This document shows, one piece after another, positions 1-13,675 of a stretch of 64,000 nucleotides of DNA. Under the pieces are notes generated by a model, which saw only the letters and a list, made by a program, of their open reading frames with translations, ran no database searches and had not been told where the DNA came from. Source of the stretch: Calcarisporiella thermophila CBS 279.70 (lineage: Eukaryota; Fungi; Calcarisporiellomycota); NCBI RefSeq assembly GCF_041956535.1, contig NW_027192198.1, positions 1,049,055 through 1,113,054 of the forward strand, given 5' to 3'. The translations under genes and the position numbers were made by a program. How positions within the stretch are numbered: the stretch's first letter is position 1; each line of letters begins with the position of its first letter.

Positions 1-60
1 AGCTTCTACGTCAAAAGCACCTGAGTTCTACCCCAGCCTTCCTTTGAAACGAAATTAGAA
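1..60 (-). repeat. Diverged fragment of the SINE-A 3' body, cut by the window edge
   Basis: AGCTTCTACGTCAAAAGCACC resembles AGCTTCTACGACAAAATCACC at 63327 and the reverse complement of ~926-958. Confidence 0.5.
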
Positions 61-518
61 ATATGTTGATGATCGACTATAATATTTAGTTAAAAATACA
101 TGATATAACAGGTTACCTTACATTCTCATGTCGTTTGATATGAGGAGAGCAAAGGGGTTGAAGGAGAATTACATTTTCTATCGCTGTAATAGATATTTGG
201 GTTTAGCATTCCGCTGAGACCATCAGTTGATTTTTCCTTGGAGGAACTTTTTGCCTTAGAGATCATTTTTCATGCTGGTCGTTTCTAGTAAGCTATTTAG
301 TGGAACTGAAACCGAACCTCATTGTTTTCTGGGAGACCAAGAATTCTTGAAGATATACCGTTTTGATTTCGGAACTCTTCTCGGACGACACAGTAGATGA
401 TAAAAATTCGCTTCTCAAAAATAAATATATACATTATGTATATATATATATATATATATTGAAGCCTTTTAAATTGCAAAGGTGTAAAATGTTATCTTCA
501 AAAATATTAATGATGTTA

Positions 519-590
519 CTCTCCGGCCGGGAATTGAACCCGGGTCGCCCGCGTGACAGGCGGGAATACTAACCACTATACTACCGAAGA
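519..590 (-). tRNA. tRNA-Asp (GTC)
   Basis: Reverse complement TCTTCGG-TAGTATAGTGGTTAGTATT-CCCGC-CTGTCAC-GCGGG-CGACCCGGGTTCAATTCCCGG-CCGGAGA-G folds as a 72-nt cloverleaf with anticodon GTC. Confidence 0.97.
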
Positions 591-673
591 ATTTCAACTA
601 TATCTTTTTGGCAGATAATTAATATTTCTTTAAGAAAACTTTAACTGCGCCACTTCTTTTGAATAAATCTTTG

Positions 674-1014
674 TGCTGTCTTTGGATGGCACATTGGTTA
701 AGAGTCCCGGAACTTAACCATTGTTTGCTGAGTTCGATTCCCGGTGAAGGCACCAGTACTAGAGATGTAGCCGGGACATACTCTAGGAATTGAGTTATAC
801 GCTGCTTCGTTACAACTTCTCTGAAATGCAGTAAAATGTGTCAATGGAATTCTTCCATATATAATTTCAACTTAATCTGTATCTTTCTCGGTACAAGCAA
901 TTCTACTCTACTAGGCTGGTCTGGAGCATTACCTGGGTGATTTTAACGCAGAAGTCTACCCTGCCTTTATTTGTATAGGAGACTTTTCAATAAAGGTCCT
1001 TTGTTAAATAAAAA
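674..1014 (+). mobile_element. tRNA-derived SINE (family A), ~340 bp
   Basis: Pol III A-box (TGGCACATTGG) and B-box (GAGTTCGATTCCC) in a tRNA-like head ending CACCA (~755); AATAAA at 989-994; A-rich tail; 12-bp direct repeat AATAAATCTTTG at 662-673 and 1015-1026; 3' part has homologous copies at 1-60 and 63300-63540. Confidence 0.85.
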
Positions 1015-2220
1015 AATAAATCTTTGCCAGAAATTGGCTATAACCTGCACAGAGAAATACAACTTTTTGATTCATCTTTACCGACTGCCTTCATTAATAC
1101 GCTTTACAATATTTGGACAATTTAAAATAAAATCTGCAGTTCTTAAAAATCAGTAACAACCTTTTCTTAGTAAATCAGGCAGTAAAATAGGGCGACTTCC
1201 TAACCCTATTACCTTTTCTTATCTTGGATTTGATGACTTCTGCTACCCTTCATCTTATATACTACTACAGATTATTTTTTTTTCCTTATTTTTTTTTCGA
1301 AAAAATATGAAGTGTATTCGCACTCTCATAATATCTCACAGGTTTCACTTGACATTCTTGTCTCCCTTGTTTCGTCCCTTTACTTCCATTAAATATCGAA
1401 AAGGAAGCTTTTTAATAAAGACCCTAAACAAAAAAAAACTTAGGTTTAATGAACTAGTTTTTCTATCAATATTACAGCAACTAGCAACCATTATCAAATG
1501 ACTACAAGAATAGGTAGCAAATATCTTCAGAAGAAATCCAAATACAGAGTGCACTAGTAAGTCTGCAACAACCTTCAGGAGTTGACATGGGTCCGATAAA
1601 TATCAAGGATCAAAAAAAATTTGCCACCTGACTGCTATAAATCGCGGGAACTATAAAGTCCAGTTGCTGACCACAAGAAGTCCAATTGGCATTATATCTA
1701 TTAGAAAAACACTAATAATAGCCAAAAATTTCCTCGAACGATAAAAAGTTCCATCTTTAGCTTATTAAAAGAATCTAATGTATCGATCTCTTCGCAAAAT
1801 ATCCAGATCAATGCTTAAGGGATGACGCAAGTTCAAACCATCCTTTTCACATCTCTTTCACATATTATCATTCAATGTGGCAGTCCCTCTTGGGTATGAG
1901 AAAGTATGTTCTTTACCTATTTTGGCAATACAATATTTACTACAGGAATAAGCAAATTTTGAACTTGAATTTACTCTACGATATAATCCACTGCGATATT
2001 TAGAAGAATACATTTTACAGGGTATATAGATTTGTCACAAGATATTTTATTCACTCGTAAGGCAAAAATATTATGATATACATCTTAATGTAAAAATAGT
2101 TAGTATAATAATAATAGTAATAATGATAATAATTAATGACAAATATTTAATAAAGGAAATAATTAAACTACATAAAAGGAGTATAATTACTGAAGGGTCA
2201 TTTTTTCAGTGCCTCTAAAA

Positions 2221-4998
2221 TTATGATGCTCTAGCTTCCAACTCCACCACCGCTGGCTCGGTTATGCCATCTCCAATGATGGCCTCAACCATGGCTTCCT
2301 TTTCTTGCTGCTCAGACTGAGCTCGTGCTGCTGCCAGACACTCCAAGTATTCTTGGTAGCGTACAAGCTCGGCCAGGAGATATTGGCTCTTACGCTCCCA
2401 ATTGCTGGTTGCCTTGAGGAGTTGTGGAGATTTGGGTGGGTAGAGTTGCTCCATCGCTTCACGGTATTCGCTGTGGTTTTCCAGCTCTCGTTCCAAGCCC
2501 TCCACATGCCGATTTAGTGCCTGAATCTGCGATGCTTCATCAAGATTGCTCGAAACCATAGGAGGTGCGGGTGGCTGCCATTCATTGATGGGTCGATCAA
2601 CGACATATCCATTACCAGATTGCTCTGCCTTAAATTCATCCCCATCCTCTTCACCGCCGCTCTTAAGGCACCGAGACCACCCATATTCTATATTGCTTAC
2701 CCCCCCTGAAAGCGGCGGCCGACTCTCACGTGCTGCCTGGTAATTGCATGTACTGACCCACTCTGTCACCTGCTGTGCATTCGGTGCCTGGAAGAGGTAG
2801 ATGCCTCCGTTTGATATCGTCAGCGCAAATACATGTGGCCTAGCTCGCGAGTAACCAGGTGGAGGCAATGTTTTTGCAAGAGTATGCCTTAGGCTGATAC
2901 GCCCGGCAAGCACAGCCCCTGCCATCCACGGGGGATGACGTTCTCCGTTACGGTGTACGGGCGTTACTTTCTTCGCGTCGGTTTGGAACATTCGCAAGGA
3001 TCCACGATCAACTACAACGAAGAATTCTTTCCAATCCCGTTGTCGTGCCTTGTGGTCCTTCTTCTCCAGAAGGTGTTTTCTTAAAAGAACACCCTGCTTC
3101 ATATATGGTACGCAAAGAGGTGTAGCAGAGGGTATGGGGGAATGAAGGGTGGAGGCGTTCGAAGCTCCACTTGTTATGGACATTTGGTCATCAAACTCGA
3201 AGTCCCCTGATTTACCCGCAAAGGTCGAGAGTGAGATGGAGGAGTGAGCGAAGCGGCGGTTGGGACTAAAAGGATTAGAGGGATGGTTGAGAGTATGCAT
3301 GCTTTCACTCTTATGAACCACCTGGTAATGAAGTGAGTCCTTTTTATCATGCAATCGAGGAGAGGCACCATCCCTTGAATCTCTAGTGCTTGGGCGATTT
3401 AGCGTGCTACGACTGCGATTCAGACTGACGGCGCTTGTGAAACCTCCAGGATGCATCGATCCGCCGAGAAGTAGCATTGACTGGCGAGAAGGACGCACAG
3501 GTGGCTCGGAATTACAGCCAGTCGGCTGGAGTATCTGGTTGGTGCGGATAGCTGAGTACATCTCTTTTAGGACCGACTCGATATCTGAGAGTTGATTAGA
3601 CAAGGGAGGAATTATAGTCTTTTTAATACTCTGGGAGCGACGAGGCCTTGAATTAGTTCCAGTTCTTGTAGGCGAATCCCCGTTAACACGTTCATTAGGC
3701 AGATGCATTCGGACTGTACTTAGGGTATTTTTGACAAACTCGCTGCGTGTCATGCGATTGGAAAGTTCAGCGATATGAAGGTCGGTATTCAGCAGGAGAA
3801 GGGAATAAGCAACGGCATGGACAATATCTGGCAAAAGATAATGAAGAGCCAAAATCAAGTATTTGATGTAATATGTTTCAATATGGTTGCACTTACCGGC
3901 ACTTCCAAATATTGTGCTCGAGTTACATTCAAAATAACGTTTTGCAAACGCTTCCAGTATTCTGTCAACTTTTTGCGTTTCTCCCTTTAAATAGAGTCGA
4001 GCGCATAAACTTCGAAGCGCGTCGTCCAGACGCAACTCGGAAAAATTAAAATAGGACATGTAGCAAGAAAGGACAAGGGTATTAAGCTCTTCGCTAAAGC
4101 ATAATACAATTGATGTTAATTGATGAGATCAGCAACCTTGAAAATGCTTGACCCCTTACTTTTTTCCAAGAAATTCTGCGATATCCTCTTTCTTCAAAAA
4201 AGTTTCGTCCTCTTCGTAACAGCGCCGAGCAATTTGGCTCACCTCGTCTTCCTCTGTTTCCCCTTCTTTGCTATCTAAATTGGTCGTTTCTTCTTCTATC
4301 TTCTCGCTCAATACATTTTCCTCTACATTTTCCTCTATATTTTCCTCTGCTTTTCCTTTGCCACTACTACCTCTGGTCTCCTTATCCTCGACCCAAAACG
4401 AAGGAGCGCAACTTCGCCGGGCATTCTCTCTATCAGGGTTGGGTCGCTCCAAGTTTAGTGAGGAAGAAACAGATCGAGAACGGGAGAGCATAGGCGTTCC
4501 TGGTTTTTCGAAAAAAGATGAGGCTGCGCCTTTCTCTGGTTCTGGACTCTTTTCTCCGATGTCTAAGAGCATGGCGGTGCTAAGTGAGTCAGACTGTTGA
4601 GAAGTATCAAACGGGAGCAGCGGCAATTCTGGCTTGTGCAAAATCTGCGTGAGGCGTTTTTCTTGCTTGGACATTTCAACTGCATCTATTCGTGTGTGAA
4701 TGTTTTCTGTCCGATCTGAACCAGGATCCGAGACTGAGGAAAGTGCCCGTAACGGCTCTTGTCGCCTATCTACTCCTCGGCATTCTAAGGGCGGAGTTGG
4801 GAGCTGTAGTGATGGCTCCATAGCAATTCTCCTTGAATTCCAGGATCTTATCGCAGGGGAATCGTTCTCAGTGGACAAACTTGTGGCGCGTATCAATTGT
4901 GTACGGTGCTTTTGTGGTGAGCTTGGCTGTTGCTGACTCTGTAGCTCATCTACTGCTGCCATGAGCCGCAGGCTTCGACGTTTATTTTCCACATCCAT
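2221..4998 (-). CDS. Sec7-domain plus PH-domain Arf guanine-nucleotide exchange factor (Syt1/EFA6-like); further 5' exons probably extend to ~5895
   Basis: Sec7 motifs LYLKGETQKVDRILEAFAKRY and AYSLLLLNTDLH; C-terminal PH domain (KARQRDWKEFFVVV...PHVFAL...WVSTCNY); introns at ~4159-4096 and ~3896-3829; the 5' exons have frame problems and are unresolved. Confidence 0.9.
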
Positions 4999-7619
4999 TT
5001 GAAGTTTTGCATATATGTTAGCATAATCCAGAAGTGTACGTTGTAAATGTTTCTGTTCATCGTCGAGCTCGGAGTCATTTTCGTTATCGATTTGCTTTTC
5101 GAGGGTACCAGAGCGCGACCGTGTAATGCTACTGCGCAGTGGATTCTGGATATGCCGAGGAAGTGGATTGAAAAACGAAGTTGATTTTGGGGTAGAAGGA
5201 GGACAGGTTTCGTCGCCTGAAATAGAATTTTTCGGTTCCTCAGTCCACTGCGTGATAGTCTCGCCATCATTTGTCTAAGTATATATAGAATTTCCAGTTA
5301 GGAATTGCGATTGTCAAGTGTTAAGAGGGATCCTAGAATACCTTTCCGAGTTTTCTGAAAAACATCTTAGTTTTAAACATACGCTTAGCAAAGCCAGATA
5401 GCATAGTCTGAAGCAAGATGTCCGCAATTTCTTTAATGAGAATATTCTATGTAGTAAAGTACACTGGGCTTACCTGTCCACCACCATTCGTGTTCAAGTC
5501 AGAATCTGTATGCTTTTCTTTCATTCTGTATCTCCTTTTAGCTTGTCCTATGTGAAAGAATGCGGATGGAGATGAAGTGCATCTTGAAAGACCGAAAGAA
5601 GACGGGTTGAATTACCTTCGCGCTGGTGAATTTCAGGGACGGATTTGGACCTAATACCTGCTACATCCGCAGGTAGCGGAGGTAGTTCTTTGGCCTTATT
5701 CCTGTCTGATGTCGGGGCGATGGATTGTGGGAGATCACCATTTGAAATGGGAGACATTTCAGGTACAGTAGTGGGGGCACGGATGATCGAAGAGTCTGGA
5801 TGAGACTTGTGCCAGGGTGGCGCACGGCTAGCGTATGGACTGGGTATTGGCTGCTGTAGATGGTGCGGCTGATGTGTGAGGGAGTGCGCGGCCATTTATA
5901 GGTAGGAAAACGTGGAATGCATTAAAGAAAAATGAAGGAAGGAGGAAGGAAGATTCTTGCAAACGAGACTTCAATAGACCTGTTAGGTTAATAAAAAATT
6001 TGGTGCAAGTTTCATTTCTATGAAGTTTGAGACCTAAATTTATTGGGGCGCAGCATTAGTACAACCTTTGAATCTGATTTCGAGAGGACTGATCTTCCAA
6101 GTAATTGTGAGGGAAAGAGAGCGGCCTCTGCCTCGAAGCAATAACATCCCAGCAGGCTATGTTGATCTCTCTGGGGAGCCGTCATAGAGCTCGCTAATGC
6201 TAGTCTTTGGGTATATTTACTTCAACTATAGTGCTGCCTCGGTTATAAATCGATCTCATCTCAACAAGAAATTTGTGCGAGGTCAGTTATAAAAAGAAAT
6301 TAACTTGGATGCCTACAGCGGAGAAATTGCCCAAAACCTTGGCTGAAGTTGAAATTAATTAAATGGCTCCTCCTGGCAGCCGGACGTAAATGCCGGATAA
6401 GTTTGATCTGTGAGCACCTACTCTCAATACAAATCTTAACATGAGTCAAATGCATCCATAGCGTGATATAAACGCAAATCTGCGCAAGTTCAGAACAGCC
6501 TGATTATACGGTGGCCATTTGTATCTCCTAACCGATTCCTAGCACAAGGAAACAAAGGGGAATATTATATGATTGAATAAAAGCACTCAAGCCCATCCGC
6601 GTGATGACGGCCAATTCAGGAGCTGGGTGGCCATCTTACGTGTCGTGATGAGACCCATCTCGTTTCCTGTCTTTTGCAGTCAACAAATACATCTAAATCG
6701 GTGTTATTTGAAAACTTTGTTTACCAGAGCTGGAAGCAAATTGAAGCCACCAGGTCTTGTATTAAGACGCCTGCTGCATAGAGTGGCTATACCTTCACAC
6801 TTTTTCCTCATATAACTATTTATGCCAACTGGAGGGTTCTCCACACATTTCTGGTTTTCCTCCACTAAAGCTCATCGACTATTCTACCCCACCAAAATGG
6901 ATCTCTCTTTTAGTTTGGACATTTAGCATACGTATCGCACAAGACCCGTAGATAGATCTTACCTATTGCTATTATTACCCTATAACTTCTTAGGTTATTA
7001 TGGTTTGTGTTAGAGCGCAGGGCAGATGTGAAGATTCGCCTACCAATAGGATAAAATTCTTTCGAAAAAGCAACAAATCCATCAAACCTTCCCTTATTTT
7101 CACTTAGCATTTGCTCCGATATCTACTTTCTGAAGACTTCAATGAGCAATATCACTAAATACGATCCTTTCCACCAAAGTTTCGCCATGACTAACCCTTC
7201 GGTGCTAATATTCTCATACTAGTGGAGAATGCGAGGATCTCATATTTATAAGTGTGCAGATAAGTGCTTCTAAAAGGTCCGGGCAACATTAAATACGGTC
7301 TGAACGTTCTGTTTATTAGCACAAACACTTTTGATTTTTAAATAAGCCAAGGTGATATATAAAAGTTTTCCGAAATCCCTAATCACGATCTTAACATTTC
7401 GCGCTTTTGTGTGATTTCAGATTATAGAAATATAAATGCCAATTCATAATAATCAATGTAACACTAATTATTTAATGAGGCTACGTGTTAACAAAATCAA
7501 GTGATACCGATTATAAAAACATCAGAGGGCTAAAATCACCTGCAAAATTCTCTTCTGTATTGCGTAGTTCAAAAAAAGTGCTTCATTTATTTTGAATACA
7601 AGATGCAAACAATAATCGA

Positions 7620-8171
7620 TTAGTATTCATCGAAGTTAGTGTCATCACCAAAGACGAGATCGTCGTCGGAGTCTTCCTCCTCAGCCTCGGGGAAGAGACC
7701 CTTGGAGCGGAGGTAGGCAATGGAAGCGGGAATGGCCTCATCACGCATTTTGAGGGTGAATTTACCCTTTTCGGGATCAGCCGCGATCTCACCAGTGGCG
7801 AGATCACCTTCTACTGACAGAAGCTTGCCATCGAAAAGGCCGAGGACGTGTTCCGTCCACTCCTTGATGTTGATTTTATCAGCTTTGTCCTTAGGAACGT
7901 AGCTCACAATAGCCAATTTCTCGTTATTAACGGAGAAGATCATTTTGCCAACTCCAGCAGAGCCACCGCGACGCTCCTCCTCAGTGGGGTCGATTTCGGC
8001 GTTCATGGCCTTCATGGACTCGACCAAAAGTCCGACATCACCTTCGGGCTCATCGACTTTGGTGCAGAAAAACTCCAAACCACCCATCTCAGCGACGCCC
8101 AGGATTTCGATACCGCGCTTACCTCCCTCCTTGACGACCTTCTTGAGCTTTTTCTCGTCGAATCCGGACAT
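7620..8171 (-). CDS. Intronless 183-aa acidic conserved hypothetical protein
   Basis: Clean ORF with codon usage like a highly expressed gene; motifs KEGGKRGIEI-G-AEMGGLEFF and EERRGGSAGVGKM; acidic tail. Confidence 0.85.
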   Translation of the reverse strand: MSGFDEKKLKKVVKEGGKRGIEILGVAEMGGLEFFCTKVDEPEGDVGLLVESMKAMNAEIDPTEEERRGGSAGVGKMIFSVNNEKLAIVSYVPKDKADKINIKEWTEHVLGLFDGKLLSVEGDLATGEIAADPEKGKFTLKMRDEAIPASIAYLRSKGLFPEAEEEDSDDDLVFGDDTNFDEY

Positions 8172-9328
8172 GGTGATTATTTCGTTACTTGTAAAAAAAA
8201 AATAAAAAACGAATGAAATAGAAAAATTTTTTCTCTAGTGATTTGCACTTTTATACCATAAACAACACGAGTTTACGCCAGCCAATGACTGCGTGTCAAA
8301 AAAGTAGCTAAATAAATGCTGATGTCACCAAGACTGGGAAAATAGGATTGCGAATCAAAGATCATCTTTGGAGACTATCCCCATGGCTTGATATTTGATT
8401 GGGCGGGATGAATAAAATCTCCAATTGTACCAAAGTGTAGGAGCAGACATGCAGCTTTTCTCGATACCTACGCAAGATTGGTGAAAATGCCCGTAAATAA
8501 TTTATTCTATTCTCCATCGCATTTCTATCGCGTTGAATTTTTAGCATTCATTCAAGTTGAGAGAGCAAACAGCACAATTTAAATTTAAAATCTTCCCGCT
8601 TAAAGATAATTATTAATGCTCTTTATGCTGCTGAGATCAATTTATTTGTAATGAACTTTATTTATATCGAAGGGGCATATTATGCAAAGTGTCAATCCCA
8701 CTTACCATTACATCTCACTATTATCATGCATACAATAAACTAAGATTGTCTTAATATTCTCTCCTACTCAATGCGATACAAGTCCATTTAAATCTATTTT
8801 ATAAAGACAATGAAGATCCCGCTGCAGTTCATTTTATAAGGATGGCAAGCATACATATGGAAACTGTCCCGGCCTCGATTGTTCGAATCAGATTTGATCG
8901 AGTAGAGTCGTTCGATGCATATTGGCACGCCCTCCAACCCTATCAAAGTAGCCCACATTCGGAGAAAGCTCTTTGAGGGAAATGAGAGTGGCCCCAAAAC
9001 ATCACGTTGTAAACTCAAAAATTTCAACAATGCTGTTGCATGGCTTGAGTGGACTACCCTGTATTGATTCAATATATACGGGGTGAGAAATTACTCTCGT
9101 AATTTTGGGTTGACACTTAAGAATGCTTGAAGAGTTAAATATGGCGGGTTTATTTTATGAATAGGACGAAAGATAAACTGATCAAGATAACATTCAAACA
9201 TCATTATTAATATCACGACATCGAAAAGAAGAGGTCTTAATAAAAGTTAACAAAGAAATGAAAGAAGCAAAAATGGTCGACATTAAATCTAATTAGAAAA
9301 TGAAGGGAATGGAGCATCTCATAACGAA

Positions 9329-11774
9329 CTAATACTTGGGAGTGGATGACCAGCCCAGAGAGTTCTCTTGCAACATTGGAGGGGAGATCTCATTGGGAGG
9401 ATACCGTTCTGACCCCAGGATACGGTCGCGTTTTTCTTGCCGACGCCGCTTGTACACATTAATGAAAAAGGCAACAATACCCAACCAGACTATGGTGGTT
9501 GCGGCAACTGCTAGTCCTATCACAACTCCCTTATTAGAGTCAGAACTGGGCTCCGGATTCGATTCTCCAGAGGCAATGATGTTCATTCCTAACAAACACA
9601 ATATTAAATGTCAGCACAGGGATTCAGGATGGCCGACGCCTAAATTATGATTGATGGTACCTTCATTGTTGGTGAGCGCAAGCGGGAAAGATCGATCGAT
9701 GAACTGGCTGATCTTCCCGTTTGGATTCGTGTATAGCTTGCTCTGCCCATCACTAAGGACCTGCTTAATTGGCTCGATGGATTCACTTGGCACAGCCATT
9801 ACCACCAACACACCGCTAGTTCCATCCTCGTTTCGTCGCACCTGGCGAGCTTTTCTAGTTGCATCGCTCATGCTCAGCACAACCATGCGGGACGGAGGAA
9901 CACCAACAGCAGAGCCAAGCTCATTGGGCAAGAAGTTGACAATCTGCGCAGCAAGGATTGGATCGTGGCATACCTGGGCGTACTGAATCCCCATCAGTTT
10001 GAGCATTACTGTGGTGCTTCCGGGGGGCGGCGTTGCCTTTGTGTCGGGAACAATCACTTCAGGAAGATTAGAGGCTGGCGAAGCACGAGATGTAGAAGTA
10101 GTGGAGGTAGTTGCGGCATCGGCTGTTTCTTCCATATTAGTGCGTGTCTTTGTAACCGTGTTGGTTGTGGTTTCTTCGAGGCGGAGTGTAGGCGGAAGCC
10201 AATCTATATCACTGTAGTCTGTAGTGGGTGTAGTGGTGGCGGTAGTTGATGTAAAGGCTGTGGATGTGGTTGGGGTTGCAGAAGCGGTCTCGCTATCTGA
10301 TGGTTTGGGAGAGGATGGTGTTTGGCTGGTTAAGCTAGACCCTGTGGCTTCAGTCGCACTGGCAATTGAGGTTGCGATGGTGGCCGAGGGCGAGGCACTG
10401 TTTGGCAACTGCGAGGTTGCAGTGGCCATGCTAGCCAAATTGGACTGAGTCGCAGTGGCTTTTTCTACGGATACGCCCTCCAATGTGCTCGTTGTTTCTG
10501 ATGAAGAACCCCCCAAGAGTGGGTCAAGCAAGGGTTTCAATGGCAAAGACATGGAGAGTAAAGGTTGGTCTTTCTTTGCTGTGGCACTCGATGGTTTCTC
10601 TTCAGATTGAAGAGGGGTAGTCATCGGTGTTCCTATCGCTGATTCATGCATGGGGCGAGAGTGTCGTGAAGGCGTGGGAGTGGCTTGTTCCATAGAGCGA
10701 GGAGGTTGGGACGCAACCGACCTGTGTTCCTCGTTAGACATGCCCGACCCTACGACAGAAGTTGGCTTGTTCGCCTTTGCTTCAGCTGAATTTGACGAGG
10801 TCGGAACATAACTGCTAGAAGATGGAGCGACACTGGAGGAGGTTGAGGGGGGAGGAGTGGGCTCATCACCGCCGCTGCTTGTAGACATAGTTGGAGAGGC
10901 TTCTTGCGATGGGGTCTCAGTTGGAGTTGCGCTCGAACTCTCTGCTGAGGTACGCTCTGGAGATGCCTCCATGCTGGAGGAGGTAGTCTCGGTTGCTTTG
11001 TCCTTCTCCATTACTTTCTCTTTTTCCATGGTCTTTTCATCTGTGTCTGTTTGCTCCGACTTGAGCTTATCCGTTTTAGTACTCTCCTCCTCCATCTTGG
11101 TGTCCTCTTCTTCCGAATCATCCGTGGCGGCCACTTTCTTCTTCGTCGCCTCAGTACTCGAGCCCTTGGCAGTAGTCTCTTTTTCAGAGTCCATGGTCTT
11201 TGCTTTTGGCTTTGCCTTGGTCTTGACTGCTTCTTCTGTCTCCTTTGGCTTCATCGCCTTGGCGGTTGACTTGGTGGCTTTCGCGGTTCCTTCTGTAGTG
11301 GCCTTCTTTGGCTTTGCCTTTGGCTTGGTTACAGATTGCCGGCCGGTGTTTGCCTTGTTGTTTTGGGAGGAAGAGGGTTGATTGTTGTTGTTGTTGCCTC
11401 TCTGATTCTGAGGTTGGTTCTGGGGTTGGCTCTGGGACTGTACCTGCTGGCCACCTCCGTACTGATTTGAAAACTGAGACCCCTGTGATCCCGTCCCCAT
11501 TTGTGCAGGATCAGGACGATTGATGCCCTATAGTAGACAAGCGGGTTGTTAGTTCGCCCTATAGTCCCAAACAGTATGGTCATTCCCTTCTCTCTCTCCC
11601 CTTACTTACCAGGACATTACTCTCTAGATTCTGTATGGCATTAAGGAACAGCCGAGATAACTGTCGCTTCTTATAAGAATGCCTCAGCTCTCCGTCTACG
11701 TGAATGGTCGCCATACTCTGGACGGATAAAACCATCATTAGGCTGACGGCGAGGTAGGGAGCAAGTCGCACCAT
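9329..11774 (-). CDS. MSB2: Msb2/Hkr1-like signalling mucin (3 exons)
   Basis: Signal peptide, long Ser/Thr-rich region, HMH-like domain (LAAQIVNFLP), single TM helix, cytoplasmic tail ending ISPPMLQENSLGW. Confidence 0.8.
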
Positions 11775-13525
11775 GATGGCTATGCTTGAATTAAGGGCCC
11801 ACTATTTGAAAGTGTTAGCGCTAACAGGAATAGGCAGGGAGGACGGAGACACTACAGAAATGAGGGGAATGGATAGGCAGTTGAAGATGGAGCTGTAAAA
11901 GACTCAAACAAGGAGAAATAAAGGAAGGGAATGGGAAGGGGGTGGTAATAGAACGAATGACACTTGGATATTAGAGGTGCTACAGTTGGTTCAAAGACTC
12001 ACTCTCACTAAAGATAGAAATGAACACACTTGAATGAGTTCAACGGGGATGTAGAACGACCATTCAAGATGGAATGAGATTCAGAGATGGTCGTCTCTTT
12101 CCAACTTCTTCTTTGAAAGAGGAAAAGGGGAGAGGGAGGGGATGGATATCGTCTTATTTCGTATCGCACAGAAGGGAAAGCATTATTAGGCATATGTAAC
12201 GCTAGCTCATAACGTGCGGTGCACGGATATTGCTTATGTTTCAATCTTATCCCTATTTAAGACAATAGGGGATGCGAACGTGTGCGACGTTGGCCTCAAG
12301 GGACGGAAGTGAGCACAGGCCATTTAATTCTATGAAATTCATTCCCAAAACACCGATTGCCGGAGTACAAAACGTCTTCTCTAAATTAAAAGCAACAGTA
12401 TAAAAATAAATGATTGTGCTGACAGTTCGATCTCAAAGCGCCAATAATGGTGCGCTAAGCTCCCTTAAAGTCTCAGGCAACTCTTGTAAAGCAAATTAAG
12501 AAGCATCGCAATAAAGAGAATACACCTAATTATAAGATAACCGGGAATAATTCGGTCTTTAAAGGCCGAAAATTACTATGAAAATAAGAGAACTGAAACA
12601 AAATAATTCTATTAAAAAATAAACTAGCTATTAAAAAAGCAAAGGGAACGCTCAATCGCAGAATGCTGAGCGTTTTTTTTTTCTCACAATCATATTGAGC
12701 TTCAACTAAAGAAACACTAGTAAAATCAATTAAACCCGACTTGACTACAGATGAGAAGATCCTAGATAAACCTCTGGTATAAAACCAGTTTTATAATATA
12801 ACCAAGCATCAACTAATGCTACACAAGGGTGCGAGAGGCGACTTGTGCCTTTTTCTTAATATGAATTCAGAGCAATGAGGCTAGCACACTGCCGCAATCG
12901 CTGTAGCAGAGATAGTGATGCTTAAATTTATTTGACATTTTTATATGTCAGAAGAGCAATCAAATCGTTTTATAAACGCCCGTTGTAGTGGAGTCACAAT
13001 CGCGGTTAATCCCTTTTCTATATCGGTGGTCAGCATCGCCCTTTCTCTCAAGTGAAAAAGAAAAAGCGTGTTCCTTGAGGAGAGATTTTGAAAAATTCGT
13101 ATTTTCTCAACCTATTATTTTTATTGAAATATAAAAGAGACTGGCATTGCTCGGTATCCTATTACTAATATATATACCACGGCGACGCGATTATAGTAAA
13201 ACAGAGCCTGGGCTTGTATGCACTGCAGTTTGTAATACGAGCGCATGATGCATTTTCGTTCTCTCTCTGTATCACATTCTACAAAAGTGGATAGAAAATT
13301 GATAGGAAGAAACCCCATTTTTTACGATTCTAGGTAATACAACTAATAGATGAGTGCAATGGTCTTCATACAGTAATATAAATGGAAATTACGCAAATGG
13401 AGAATAGGGCTGTGTTTGTTTAAGGATAAAATAATAAGATTTTCTTTAGAGATATCCATTTTTCTTGTTCTCAGTAGTAGTGTGGATTGGGCTGAGAATC
13501 ATTTTAGCAAAAAACAAAATTGAAT

Positions 13526-13598
13526 CGCCCAACGTGGGGGTCGAACCCACAACCTTGAGATTAAGAGTCTCACGCTCTACCGATTGAGCTAGCCGGGC
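13526..13598 (-). tRNA. tRNA-Lys (CTT)
   Basis: Reverse complement GCCCGGCTAGCTCAATCGGTAGAGCGTGAGACTCTTAATCTCAAGGTTGTGGGTTCGACCCCCACGTTGGGCG is a canonical 73-nt cloverleaf. Confidence 0.98.
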
Positions 13599-13675
13599 TT
13601 CCGCTGAAAGAGAGTTCAAAAAGCCAAATTTGAATAACATAGAATCGTTTTGGATTTTTGCATTTTGCCGCCCTT

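Noticed and set aside
673-755. Functional tRNA gene
   Set aside because: No canonical cloverleaf, mismatched T-stem, no terminator after it, and it lies inside a TSD-bounded element
5040-5895. Stop-codon readthrough or recoding in the Sec7 gene 5' region
   Set aside because: Multiple frame breaks are more simply explained by unresolved splicing, indel errors or decay
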